Source: Octopus sinensis
Lineage: Eukaryota
Length of the DNA: 64,000 nt
NCBI RefSeq assembly: GCF_006345805.1
Contig: NC_043008.1
Span: forward strand, 52,266,001 to 52,330,000
Reading direction: 5' to 3'
The notes below the pieces were generated by a model. The model was given only the letters and a program-made list of their open reading frames with translations. It was not told the origin of the DNA and made no database searches. Below are positions 50,478-62,149 of this stretch, piece by piece; position 1 is the stretch's first letter, and each line of letters begins with the position of its first letter. The position numbers and the translations under genes were made by a program.

Positions 50478-53400
50478 GTCATCATCATCATCATCATCGT
50501 TTAACGTCCGCTTTCCATGGGTTGGGCAGTTTAACTGGGGTCTGGGAAGCCGGAAGGCTGTACCAGGCCAGTCAGATCTGGCGGTGTTTCTACAGCTGGA
50601 TGCTCTTCTTAACGCCAACCACTCTGTGAGTGTAGTGGGCGCTTTCTATGTGCCACCGACACAGGTGCCAGGCAGGGCTGTCACGGCCACGATCGAATGG
50701 TGTTTGTTACGTGCCACCAGCACGGAGGCCAGTCGATGCGGTGCTGGCTACGGCCACATTCGGATGGTTCTCCTATGTGCCACCGGCACTGGTACCACAA
50801 ACTAGAAATTCCATTGATGTGGATCGATTACGATTTGATTTGATTCTTCAATTTTGATTTTCACTTGCCTCAACAGGTCTTCACAAGTAGAGTTATGTGT
50901 CCCAAGAAGGAAGGTATGCACAGGTGGACTGACTACGTCCCAGGTAGGGGCCACGGGTTATGGCCTCACTTGTCCTGCTGGGTCTTCTCGCGCACAGCAT
51001 ACTTCCAAAGGTCTTGGTCTCTGGTCATTTCCTCGGTGAGACCTAAAGAGCGAAGGTCGTGTTTCACCACCTCATCCCAGGTTTTACTGGGTCTACCTCT
51101 TCCACAGGTTCCCTCAACTACTAGAGTGTGGCACTTTTTCACACATCTATCTTCATCAATTTTTACCACGTGTCTATACCAGCGTAGATGTCTCTCTTGC
51201 ACACAACTGATGCTTCTTAGGTCCAACTTTTCTCTCAATGCACTTACACTCTGTCGGGTATGAACACTGACATTACACATCCATCGGAGCATACTGGCTT
51301 CATATCTTGTGAGCTTATGCATATCCTCAGCAGTCACAGCCCATGTTTCACTGCCATGTAGCATGACTGTTCGTACACATGCGTCATACAGTCTGCCTTT
51401 TACTCTGAGCGAGAGGCCTTTTGTCGCCAGCAGAAGTAAGAGCTCTCTGAACTTTGCCCAGGCTATTCTTACTCTAGCAGTTACACTATCAGCACACCCA
51501 CCCCCACTACTGACTTGATCACCTAGGTAACGGAAACTATCAACTATTTCTAGTTTTTCTCCCTGGAATGTGGCGGAAGATGGTCTCAGAGCATTTTCAG
51601 TGTTTATTGCACCAGAGCATCTGCCACATACAAAAACTATATTCCTAGTCAGCCTTCCCTTGACATTGCTGCACCTCATATGTGTCCATAGCTTACACTT
51701 GGTGCATCTTATAGAGTTCCTACCTACGCCTTTTCTACAGATTGAGCAGGGCCATCTACCTGAAGACGTTTGAGATTTGTCTACCTTCCTACTTATTAGG
51801 ACTTTGGTTTTAGCTAGATTGACTCTGAGGCCCTTCAATTCTAATCCTTGCTTCCACACCTGAAACTTCTCCTCGAGTTCTGATAGTGATTCAGCAATTA
51901 GAGCAAGGTCATCAGCATAGAGGAGCTCCCAAGGGCATCTGTCTTGAATTCCTCCGTTATTGCCTGGAGGACTATGATAAATAGGAGGGGGCTGAGGACT
52001 GAGCCTTAGTGGACCCCAACGTCCACCCGGACTTCTTCACTGTACACGTTGCCAACCCTCACCTTACTAACAGCATCCCTGTACATGGCACGCACAGCTC
52101 TCACTAACCATTCATCTATCCCTAGTTTCCTCATTGCCCACCAGATAAGGGAACGGGGGACCCTGTCAAAGGCTTTCTCCAAGTCAACGAAAGCAAGGAA
52201 CAGAGTTTTATCTTTGGCTAGGTATTTCTCCTGCAGCTGTCTTACCAGAAATATGGCATCAGTGGTGCTTTTCCCTGGCACGAAACCAAACTGCATCTCG
52301 TCCAGGTTGACTCTCTCTCTAATCAGTTGGGCTATGACCCTTTCCGTAACCTTCATTACCTGATCCAACAGCTTGATACCTCTGTAATTATTTGTATCTA
52401 GGGCATCACCTTTACCTTTGTAGCAGTTGACTATTATGCTACTACACCAGTCATTGGGTATAACTCCTTCGTGTATCACCTGGTTAACTATACGGGTGAC
52501 TAGGCTATAGCCGACACTGCCAGATATTTTGTGCATCTCAGCAGTAATTCCTGATGGGCCTGGGGCTTTCCCTGTCTTCATGCTTCTAATTGCCTTAACT
52601 GCCATGGAACTGTCAACTCGGATAGCTGGTCCATCTATTGGGTCGACATTCGGCAGACTCTCTTTATCCCATTCATTCTCTTTGTTGAGCAACCTTTCAT
52701 AGTGGCATCTCCAAACCTCTCTCTTTGCATCCTCATTTAGCGCAAGTGAACCATCATCCATGCGAACACATTTCTCTCCTACCACATCACAGTTCTCTCT
52801 CGCACACTGTCTTGCAACACGAAACACCTCACATCTTTTTTCCTCACGGCGCAGAACATTGGCAAATTTTTTCTTATCCGCTTCCCCTCTGGCTAAATAT
52901 ACCTGTCTCCTCACTTCTCTTTTCGCAGTCTGATACAATTCCCTACTACCGCCATTCCTCCAGTCCTTCCAAGCCAGTCTCTTGTCTCTAATAGCCCTGT
53001 CTACAACATTGTTCCACCACCACGTTACCCTGGGATGAGATGGGACTTTGCTCCATCCACAGATCTGGTCAGTGGCACTCAGCAGATTGTCCCATAGAAA
53101 CCTCCAGCTGGTTTCCACATTATGTGATGCCATATCCCCTTCTATTTCGTCGAAAGCTTCGAGTAGGACTTCTCTAAATCTCCGTCCATTTACAGGATCT
53201 TTAAGTTTCCAGACCCTTCTCCTCCGAGCTGGTCTTCTTCTGGGCAGCCATTTGGCCCTCATCCAGAAGTCGCTAACTACTAATCTATGTTGAGGAGTAC
53301 ATTCCTCGCCTGGAAAGGTTTGGCATTTATAAGCAGCCCTCTTTCCCTCTCTCTGGCAAGGATGTAGTCAATCTGGCTAGTGTGCCTGCCAGAACGGTAC

Positions 53401-53762
53401 GTGACTAGGTGAAAGGTGGGTTTCCTGAAGTTGGTATTGCAAATCATAAAGTCATTTGCATCGCAGAACTCCAGCAGCCTAGTTCCCTCCTCATTGCGAG
53501 AACCAAAACCGTAGCCCCCATGTATGCCATGGAAGCTCCCGACATGCCATCCAACATGTCCATTGAAGTCACCTGCCACGAAGAGAAGGTCACTGTCATT
53601 TGTCAACGAGGTAGTCTGTAATAGGGTGTCATAGAATCGGTTTTTTGTCCTTCTGGTAGCCCCGGCTGAGGGGCATATGACGAGATAATGGTTGCTGACC
53701 TATGATAAAGCACTAGTCTAATCTTAAGTATTCTGTCACATACTCTGACTACCTCGACTACC
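50478..53762 (-). mobile_element. Near full-length RTE-clade LINE ORF2 (APE endonuclease, RT, PHD-like finger) with few frameshifts
   Basis: YAPQ, GDFNGHVG and SQIDYIL (APE); full RT; CSIC..CTKCKLWTHMRC..CGRC; 3' UTR and (GAT)n at about 50478. Confidence 0.93.
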
Positions 53763-53929
53763 TGTGTATATATATATATATATATATAATATATATATAT
53801 ATATATCTACATCTACATTTGAGTATATGAGTATGTATGTATAAGTACGCAGGCACAGACATAAGCAACATCTGCATACATGTAAATACATGCATAAATA
53901 TGTGCCTACATGAATATAAACATGTATAC

Positions 53930-54592
53930 ATGCACCATTTTGACGACATCTTAAAAGCATTGGGAGAACACTGACGTCATATACCTTGATGTCAGTAAGG
54001 CATTTGACGGAGTGGACCACAAAATCCTGCTGAAGAAACTGTCCAACACTGGAGTCCGTAGAAAGCTGTTGCAATGGATAAAGTGTTTCTTGAAGAATAG
54101 AAGCCAACATGTTGTGTTTGAGAGAATAGGATCCAGCTTAGCTAAAGTCAATAGTGGTATCCCACAAGGTACTGTGTTGGGCCCACTCCTCTTCATTATT
54201 TACATCAACGACATAGTAGACGTCATCAAACATTCTACATTGAAAATCTTTGCAAATGATTCCAAACTCCAGAAAGCCATAAGCAGCATAGGAGACCAAG
54301 CATGACTTCAGTAAGATCTGTTTGCTATTGTCCAATGGGCAGAAAAAAACAATATGCTTCTAAATGAAGATAAGTTTGATTTGATCCAATTTAGAAAAGA
54401 GGAGACTCTGAAATTACCATATGCTCTTCACTCAGGTGACTCCCTAGTGTCATCCAACAACACCAGAGACCTTGGAGTAATTGTTGATAACAACCTAAGC
54501 TGGAGTTCCCACATAAACATCGAGGTTGACTTGATCTGCAAGATGTGCTCCAGGATTCTGAGAACTTTCCAGTCTAGAGATGCCTATACCAT
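53930..54592 (+). mobile_element. CR1-like LINE RT, 5' part, split by the Gypsy insertion
   Basis: YLDVSKAFDGVDH...SGIPQGTVLGPLLFIIYIND...IFANDSKL...RDLGVIVDNNLSW. Confidence 0.88.
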
Positions 54593-55009
54593 TGTAGTGA
54601 TGCTACTGTGTAGGGTTCGGCGCGCATGCGCAGAATGGGACTACTTCCGGGTGGCCACCGGAAGTCTTCCCCATGCGCATGTGCGGGAAAACATCTCTCG
54701 AGCCCGCGAACCTCAAATCTCTCTCTTCGGCTCAAGACAGCCCTGCGATCGGTCACGGTTTTCCTGGCTCTGACAGCCAAACACCAGTTTCAACCAACTT
54801 CAACCAACCTCAACGACCAACACCAGCAGTATCTCAGAGGCTGTCTATTCCCCCATCAGACAACGTACAACCATGAATCAATAAACCAAGTTGTCTGTTC
54901 ACCTTTAACCTGAGTTTCGTCTGTTTGTTTTCTACAAGAATTTTTGTATGTGACTAGAAAGGATCTCGACACCTACCAGTGCTTCGATGATAGATCCTTT
55001 CACGTTACA
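54593..55009 (+). repeat. 5' LTR
   Basis: TGTAGTG...TTACA; AATAAA at 54880; identical to the 3' LTR for about 374 nt. Confidence 0.95.
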
Positions 55010-55011
55010 AT

Positions 55012-55021
55012 TGGTGACCCC
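55012..55021 (+). other. Primer binding site (tRNA-Trp)
   Basis: TGGTGACCCC begins 2 nt after the LTR and is complementary to the tRNA-Trp 3' end GGGGUCACCA. Confidence 0.75.
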
Positions 55022-55392
55022 TAGTTGAGAAAAAGAACAGGATAGAAGAAGACACAGCGAACAGGTTTTTTTTTGGGGCCGAAGAGCGCGGAAATTCACA
55101 TTTATTTTCCTATTTTCTCCTTTTCAGCACGGCGAGGTGGGTCAAATAACCTTATTCATCGCACACAGTACAAAAAAAAAAAAGAAAGAAAAAGAAAACA
55201 CACACACATTCATTTTTTTCCTTTCTGTATTTTGTTTTCCTTGTACACACTTATTCCTTTTTTTTTTTTTTTGCTACCCACGAGGTGCACACACAAACAC
55301 AGTTTTGAATTGCCTTCTCGGTTCCACGTGTTCTCTCTCGTTTCTCGACCATACCTTCTGCCCCCTTCTCACAGACTCCTTCCGACAAAGGC

Positions 55393-56131
55393 ATGGCTTC
55401 AGGTTTGCCTTCATTTACGGGGGATGCGGGGCTGTGGTTTGCACAAGTGGAATCACACTTTGCCGCGCATACCATTCCGCCACAACAGCAGTTACATCTA
55501 CTGTTTTCAAGTTTGCCCTCCCGGCTCGCAACATCGGTCAGGGATCTCATTGTGAGTCCCCATCCTGACGCCACATATGCGTCAGTAAAGGCGGAGATCC
55601 TCCGTCGCAACACGCGCTCAGAGGAAAGTCAGTTTAATGAACTGATGGCCGACGAGCAGTTAGGGGACAGAACTCCATCCCAATTTCTGCGCCATCTAAG
55701 AGAGCTAAGCGGCAACGCCGCTGACGCGCCGCTCTTACGTAAGATATTTTCTCAAGGCTGCCTGCCCACGTGCAGACAATGTTGGCCACGGCACTGGATG
55801 CTGTGTCTGTGGACCAGATCGCCACGATGGCCGACAAAGTGTTGGAGTTTTCGCGCCCATCTCCCTCGCGGGGCCTGTACGCATGCACAGAGCCCCCCCC
55901 CGACCCCTCCGACGAACGATAAACTGGCGCGAGAACATCGACGCGCTTACGCGGAGGATCGATGATCTGTGCCGTGCGATCGGACGCCAATCTCGTAGTC
56001 GCAGTAGCTCTATTTCCCGCAGTCGGAGTGACTCTGTTTCTCGTTCCGGCTGGTGCTGGTACCATTCGAGATATGCCGAAAAGGCAGATCGGTGTACCCA
56101 GCCGTGCACTTTCAAGCCCTCGGAAAACTAA
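55393..56131 (+). pseudogene. gag: Gypsy gag, frameshifted in this sequence
   Basis: LPSF..DAGLWFAQVE..LGDRTPSQFLRHLR; C-terminal CWYHSRYAEKADRCTQPC (CHCC knuckle). Confidence 0.88.
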
Positions 56132-56162
56132 ATCCGGAGGAGGTGAGCACGTCACCTTCTTC
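56122..56162 (+). promoter_or_regulatory. Predicted -1 programmed ribosomal frameshift signal between gag and pol
   Basis: G_GAA_AAC immediately before the gag TAA, 7-nt spacer, then an 11-bp stem GGAGGAGGUGA/UCACCUUCUUC. The protease frame is -1 relative to gag. Confidence 0.65.
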
Positions 56163-59100
56163 CATCTCGTTTCCCAAACATCGTGCATTCTATGTAAAAG
56201 ATCTGGTGTCGGAGAAATTCTTCATGGTAGACCCGCTCCTGTTGCAGCATCTGGCCCCTTCGTCTGGCTGCAGACAAGCCCAAGCGCTCTTCGATTGTCT
56301 TGCATGCTATTGACTCGTCTCCCAAACCACTTACGGTCAGGTTTCGCTGCGCCTCAACCTCAACCTTCGTCGAGATTTTCGATGGGTTTTCGTCATCCCT
56401 GACATCCCACATCCTATTCTCGGCGCTGATTTCCTGGATAGGTTTAACCTATTGGTGGATGTCAGGCGTCGGAGCTTCTTGATAGCACGACGTCGCTCTC
56501 TACACCGACTGGGAGTTCCACCACTGCGGTCCTTAGCCCGACATTCTTTGTTGCCACCTCTGGAGACCCATTTCACTCTCTTTTGGTTTCATTTCCGGAG
56601 CTAGTGGACATTGCCTTTAAACCGGAAAATCCTACCCACTCGACCCTCCATTTCATCACCACCAATGGGCCACCTGTATTCTCACGCCCCCGGCGCCTAG
56701 CGCCAGACCGACTAAAAACGGCCAGAGCCGAGTTTGAGCACATGCTTCAACTTGGCCTTATACGCCCCTCCACCAGCCCATGGGCATCTCCCCTTCATTT
56801 GGCGCGAAAGGGCGAGTCTGATTTTCGCCCGGTTGGAGACTATCGACGCCTCAATGCCGTCACAATAGCCGATCGCTATCCGATTAGAAATCTCCGGGAC
56901 TTTACAGCAAATCTCCATGGTTGTACCATTTTTTCGAAGGTCGATCTGATACGCGCTTACCACCAAATACCGGTCAACCCAGCCGACGTTCCAAAACTGC
57001 TATCACTACCCACTACCGTTTGGGTGTTTTGAGTTTTTGTACATGAGTTTCGGTTTGCGGAATGCTACTAGCACCTTCCAGCGTTTCATTGATGAGGTTG
57101 TCCGCGGTCTTGATTTTGTGTTTGCCTATGTCGATGACATACTCATTGCGAGCGACACACGAGAAAATCATCTCCGGCACCTTTCTCAACTCTTCCAGCG
57201 TCTTCGCGCGTATAGCATACGCATAAACCCCGACAAGTGTGTTTTCGGACGCTCTTCCCTAGATTTTCTAGGGCATCATATTGATTCGACTGGAATCAGC
57301 CCCCTCTCGTCAAAAGTCGATGCCATTCAACGCATCGCACCCCCCACTTCCTTGCGCCAGCTCAGGCATTATCTAGGGATGGTCAATTTCTACCGACGCT
57401 TCATTCCCGGTTGTGCAGATAAGCTGCTACCTCTCACCAGGCTGTTAAAGGACTCTCCAAGAAAAGACAGTCAAGTCACCCTCTCTGTTGAGGCAGTGAC
57501 AGCCTTTGAGTCCATTAAGAAGGAGCTGGCTTCTGTTTCTTTGCTTGCACATCCAGTTCCTGGTGCTTCTCTCTCTTTGACTGTGGACGCATCGGACACT
57601 GCGATTGGCGCTGTGTTACAACACACAGTGGATGACCATGTTCGACCTCTAGCCTTCTTTTCCCGTCAACTGCAACCAGCTGAACGACGATACAGCACCT
57701 TTGATCGTGAGCTCCTAGCGATCTATCTATCGGTTCGTCATTTCCAGCATCAACTTGAAGGGCGAGATTTTGTGATCTATACGGATCACAAGCCCCTTAC
57801 GTTTGCCCTGTTTTCAAAAACGGACAAACTCTCACCCCGTGCTTTTCGGCACCTGGATTTTATCTCTCATTTACTAGCAACATTCGACACATACCTGGAA
57901 AAGAGAACGTTCCTGCTGACGCTCTCTCTCGCCTTCCAGTTTGCGCCCTTTCGTCTCCTGCTGCTATCGACTTAGCTGCCATATCGCAGGAGCAGCCACC
58001 TTTGGCGTCGTTAGATTTAACTTCTCCCAAGTTCTCCTGTTGCCAGTTTTCCTACCTTCCGCTTCCGTCAGCCGAAGGCACCATTCTTTGTGACACTTCA
58101 ACTGGATCTCCCAGGCCACTGGTGCCTGAGACCCATCAACGCTCAGTGTTTGAAGCACTGCACTCCTTATCACATCCTGGCATCGCTGCCACCCTCAAGC
58201 TAATCACTGCTCGGTTTTTCTGGCCGAATATGCGTCGCACAATTACCTCTTGGACACGAACCTGCTCCAAGTGTCAACGATCCAAATTCAACGGCACGTT
58301 CGTGCCCCGCTTGGACAATTCCCCCCACGGAGGCCCGTTTTCGCCATGTCCACATCGATCTGGTTGGACCATGCCTGTGAGTCGCGGTTCTCTTATCTAT
58401 TAACTTGTGTCGATCGTTTCTCCCGCTGGCCAGAAGCATTCCGATAGCAGACATTTCTGCTGAAACTGTTGCGCGAGCTTTCGTTTCAAACTGGATTTCT
58501 CGCTTCGGAGTCCCGTCCCGATTGACAACTGATCGTGGACGACAGTTTGAGGCCTCGCTATTTCGCGAATTGTCGCGAATTTTGGGTATGCACCATATCC
58601 ACACCACAAGCTACCATCCAGCGTCTAATGGATTGGTTGAGCGGTTCCATAGACAGCTCAAGGCCGCTCTTCGTGCCTCTTCGGACCCACAGTCCTGGAT
58701 CGAATTTCTGCCCATTGTGCTTCTCGGCTGTCGGACTGCTGTTAAGGCAGACCTGGGGTTTTCTGCTGCAGAGCTGCTGTATGGTACCACACTGGCATTG
58801 CCCGGTACGATGTTGGTGCCAGACACTTCCCCGCCCCATGATCCGGCGACCTATGTCACCAGACTGCGGGAATATTTTTCAAACCTTCCGCCCATGCTTC
58901 CCAGAAAGCAATCTCCACCGTCCCATCTTCCACCGGATATGAACACCTGGTCGCATGTTTTTGTTCGGGACGATTCTGTGAAGGGCCCACTTGTTTCTCC
59001 CTATAAAGGACTTTTCGTGTGCTTTCTCGCACACCAAAGGTTTTCACGATTGAGATAAATGGTCGTTCGGAGACCGTTTCCGTGGACCGTTTAAAAAAGG

Positions 59101-59345
59101 CACATTTTGAGACGTCTTCATCTTTTGATGACAACCTTGACACCACCCAACCTATGCACTTTAACAACACTTTCACCTGCACAAACGCCTTCACCTGCAC
59201 AAACGCCTTCACCTGCACAAACACCTTCACCGGCTCCTACAACACCACCCTCGCCGTCAACGGGTGCCCGAGCACACCGTATGTTACAAATCGGGGCAGA
59301 ACAGTGCATTGGCCCAAGAAATTCAAAAACAATTTACATTTAACT
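56122..59345 (+). pseudogene. pol: Gypsy pol (PR-RT-RNaseH-IN) with several frameshifts
   Basis: FYVKD..FFMVD (PR); SPWASPLHL, DYRRLN and YVDD (RT); VDASD, ELLAIY and TDHKPL (RNase H); [13 protein letters not shown] and NGLVERFH (IN). Confidence 0.9.
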
Positions 59346-59466
59346 TTAAAATGTTTCTTATTGTATAAGTATGTACCAAGTCTTCTGGGGGATCGGCAAG
59401 CCTTCTGTTTTCTGCAGCACCACCACAATATTCTGGTTACCGTACTTCGCACTCGGAGGGGAGCCC

Positions 59467-59882
59467 TGTAGTGATGCTACTGTGTAGGGTTCGGCGCGCA
59501 TGCGCAGAATGGGACTACTTCCGGGTGGCCACCGGAAGTCTTCCCCATGCGCATGTGCGGGAAAACATCTCTCGAGCCCGCGAACCTCAAATCTCTCTCT
59601 TCGGCTCAAGACAGCCCTGCGATCGGTCACGGTTTTCCTGGCTCTGACAGCCAAACACCAGTTTCAACCAACTTCAACCAACCTCAACGACCAACACCAG
59701 CAGTATCTCAGAGGCTGTCTATTCCCCCATCAGACAACGTACAACCATGAATCAATAAACCAAGTTGTCTGTTCACCTTTAACCTGAGTTTCGTCTGTTT
59801 GTTTTCTACAAGAATTTTTGTATGTGACTAGAAAGGATCTGACACTAACAGTGCTCTGATACCACGATTTTTTCACGTTACA
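59467..59882 (+). repeat. 3' LTR
   Basis: TGTAGTG...TTACA, preceded by the polypurine tract. Confidence 0.95.
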
Positions 59883-60215
59883 CCATCATCCTTCTCTACT
59901 CTCCTTTTGCTTGACCCCCACCTTGAATACTGTTGTCCACTGTGGTCCCCCCCCCCCACCATATGAAGCAACTCATTATGAAAATAGAAGCACTCCAGAG
60001 GTCAATAACAAGAATGATAGACAGTATAAGAGGCATTGATTATTGGGGTCGACTAAAAAACTCAGTCTCTACTCTCTACAATGCCGCCGAGAGCGCTACA
60101 TCATTTATGTTATGTGGAAAATATTCCATCAATATTGCACAAATGATGTTGGCATCAGTTTTAAAATCCTTCCAAGACTTGGCCCATATGCTACCCGTCC
60201 ACTACAAAAATAGTG
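59883..60215 (+). mobile_element. CR1-like LINE RT, continuation after the Gypsy insertion
   Basis: PHLEYCCPLWSP...IEALQRSITRMI...YWGRLK. Confidence 0.8.
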
Positions 60216-60514
60216 CCCGCTCCTGCCAGGGTTCACTAGTACTTTGGCTTTGTAGATGATCCCTCTGGTTTGCATGAATGATAAAGTACAAATGTATTGA
60301 GAGAAAAATTGGGCATAAGAGGAATCAGATGTAGTCTACAAGAGAGAAGATTGCAGTGGCATATACCAAGAATGTATAGGGATCTGGACAATTGGATGAA
60401 GTAGTGTGTGCTGATCTCTAAATGGTTCCATCAGAAAAGAATTATCCAGAAAAATATAGAAGAAATTAGTGAAAGCTGATCATAGGAGTTTGAACCTCAC
60501 CTGTATATATAGAG

Positions 60515-60658
60515 AATACCAAACAAGTTCCCTATGGATACCGTATTTATTACAACAAGTGGCTTGTAAACGTATCTAATGAGCGAAAGTGAGTTAGATA
60601 CGTTTACAAGCCACGAGTTGTAATAAATACAGTATCCATAGGGAATGAGTTTGGTATT
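60515..60658. repeat. Long palindrome (about 65-bp arms) at the start of a CpG-retaining segment, possibly a non-autonomous DNA element
   Basis: ttccctatggatac.gtatttattacaac..gtggcttgtaaacgtatctaa and its reverse complement, with loop tgagcgaaagtgag. Confidence 0.75.
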
Positions 60659-61507
60659 TTATTTATTACACACGAATAAACGACCATATTTTATTAACCC
60701 AATAACTAAATTCTTCACATCGTGTTGAAGCGCGCATGAATACAGCTTGATTTCACATCAGTGACGTGACAATGTGTAACTGTAAAAGATGTCATGCCGC
60801 AGGAAGATAGTTCGACTTTATAGCGCTGTATGTTCCAAGAGGTTGAACAACGGATAACACTCTTCCCCCATCTTTACCATCAATCTTAACAAAATTATTC
60901 ACCTTAATATCGACAACAGTAGCCATCTTGTTGATAGATCTACCTGCACCGCAAGAGTATCGACAAGCAGACGAAATATGTTGTGATTTTTTTGGCTACA
61001 AAATATTGAATTACCACCAGAAATGTTTATATTTTATGTGTATATGACTTTAAGTGATATCTGGTATAAAAAAGATAGTATGTTTGTTTAATTACATGGC
61101 TACATTCTTCCTGATCATGAAAGTAATGAATGAAGTTTAGTTGTAACTTATGAATGACAAAAGTAGTGCCATCACCGTGACCTCGGGTCATCACCATGGA
61201 TTGACCAATCAGAAGCAGCACTCGCAGTATCTGACATATGTTAGATACCAAAAATATCTCAAAGTGTTCTCACTCACATGTGTGTAATAAATATATATAT
61301 ATATATTCTTTTACTCTTTTACTCTTTTACTTGTTTCAGTCATTTGACTGTGGCCATGCTGGAGCACCGCCTTTAGTTGAGCAACTCGACCCCGGGACTT
61401 ATTCTTTTTTTTTTGTAAGCCCAGTACTTATTCTATCGGTCTCTTTTTGCCGAACCGCTACGTGACGGTTGTCAAGCAATGCTAGGGGAACAAACACAGA
61501 CACACAA

Positions 61508-61578
<71 letters not shown>

Positions 61579-61716
61579 TACATATATACGACAGGCTTCT
61601 TTCAGTTTCCGTCTACCAAATCCACTCACAAGGCATTGGTCAGCCAAGATGTCACACAGTGGGATTGAACCCGGAACCATGTGGCTGGTTAGCAAGCTAC
61701 TTACCACACAGCCACT

Positions 61717-61769
<53 letters not shown>

Positions 61770-61770
<1 letters not shown>

Positions 61771-62066
61771 ACTAGAACAGCCAACTGGCTTCCGTGCCGG
61801 TGGCACGTAAAAGGTCACCTTACTGGCACCTGTGTGTAAAAATATTTGAGCGAGGTCGTTGGTAGTACCGCCTGACTGGCCCCCATGCTGGTGATATGTA
61901 AAAAGCACCCACTACACTCTCAGAGTGGTTGGCATTAGGAAGCACATCCAGCTGTAGAAACTCTGCCAAATCAAGATTGGAGCCTGGTGCAGCCATCTGG
62001 TTCGCCAGCCCTCAGTCAAAATCGTCCAACCCATGCTAGCATGGAAAGCAGACGATGATGATGATA
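61770..62066 (+). mobile_element. RTE LINE 3' UTR fragment; similar pieces at 44270-44458, 46393-46502 and 15770-15940
   Basis: aaaagcacccactacactct...ccaacccatgctagcatggaaagc + (gat)n. Confidence 0.85.
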
Positions 62067-62149
62067 CACACACACACACACCACACACACACACACACAT
62101 ATGTATATATATACATACATACATACATATATACATATACATACATATT

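Larger units (their letters stand above)
54593..59882 (+). mobile_element. Full-length Ty3/Gypsy LTR retrotransposon, CsRn1/Kabuki-like lineage
   Basis: TG...CA LTRs at 54593-55009 and 59467-59882; 4-bp TSD CCAT; PBS TGGTGACCCC (tRNA-Trp-like); PPT ggaggggag; gag-PR-RT-RNaseH-IN order. Confidence 0.96.

Noticed and set aside
59853-59864. GCTCTGATACCA, the reverse complement of a plant-type tRNA-iMet PBS, in the 3' LTR
   Set aside because: Lies inside the unreliable divergent U5 block, is absent from the 5' LTR, and the element already has a tRNA-Trp PBS. Probably chance.
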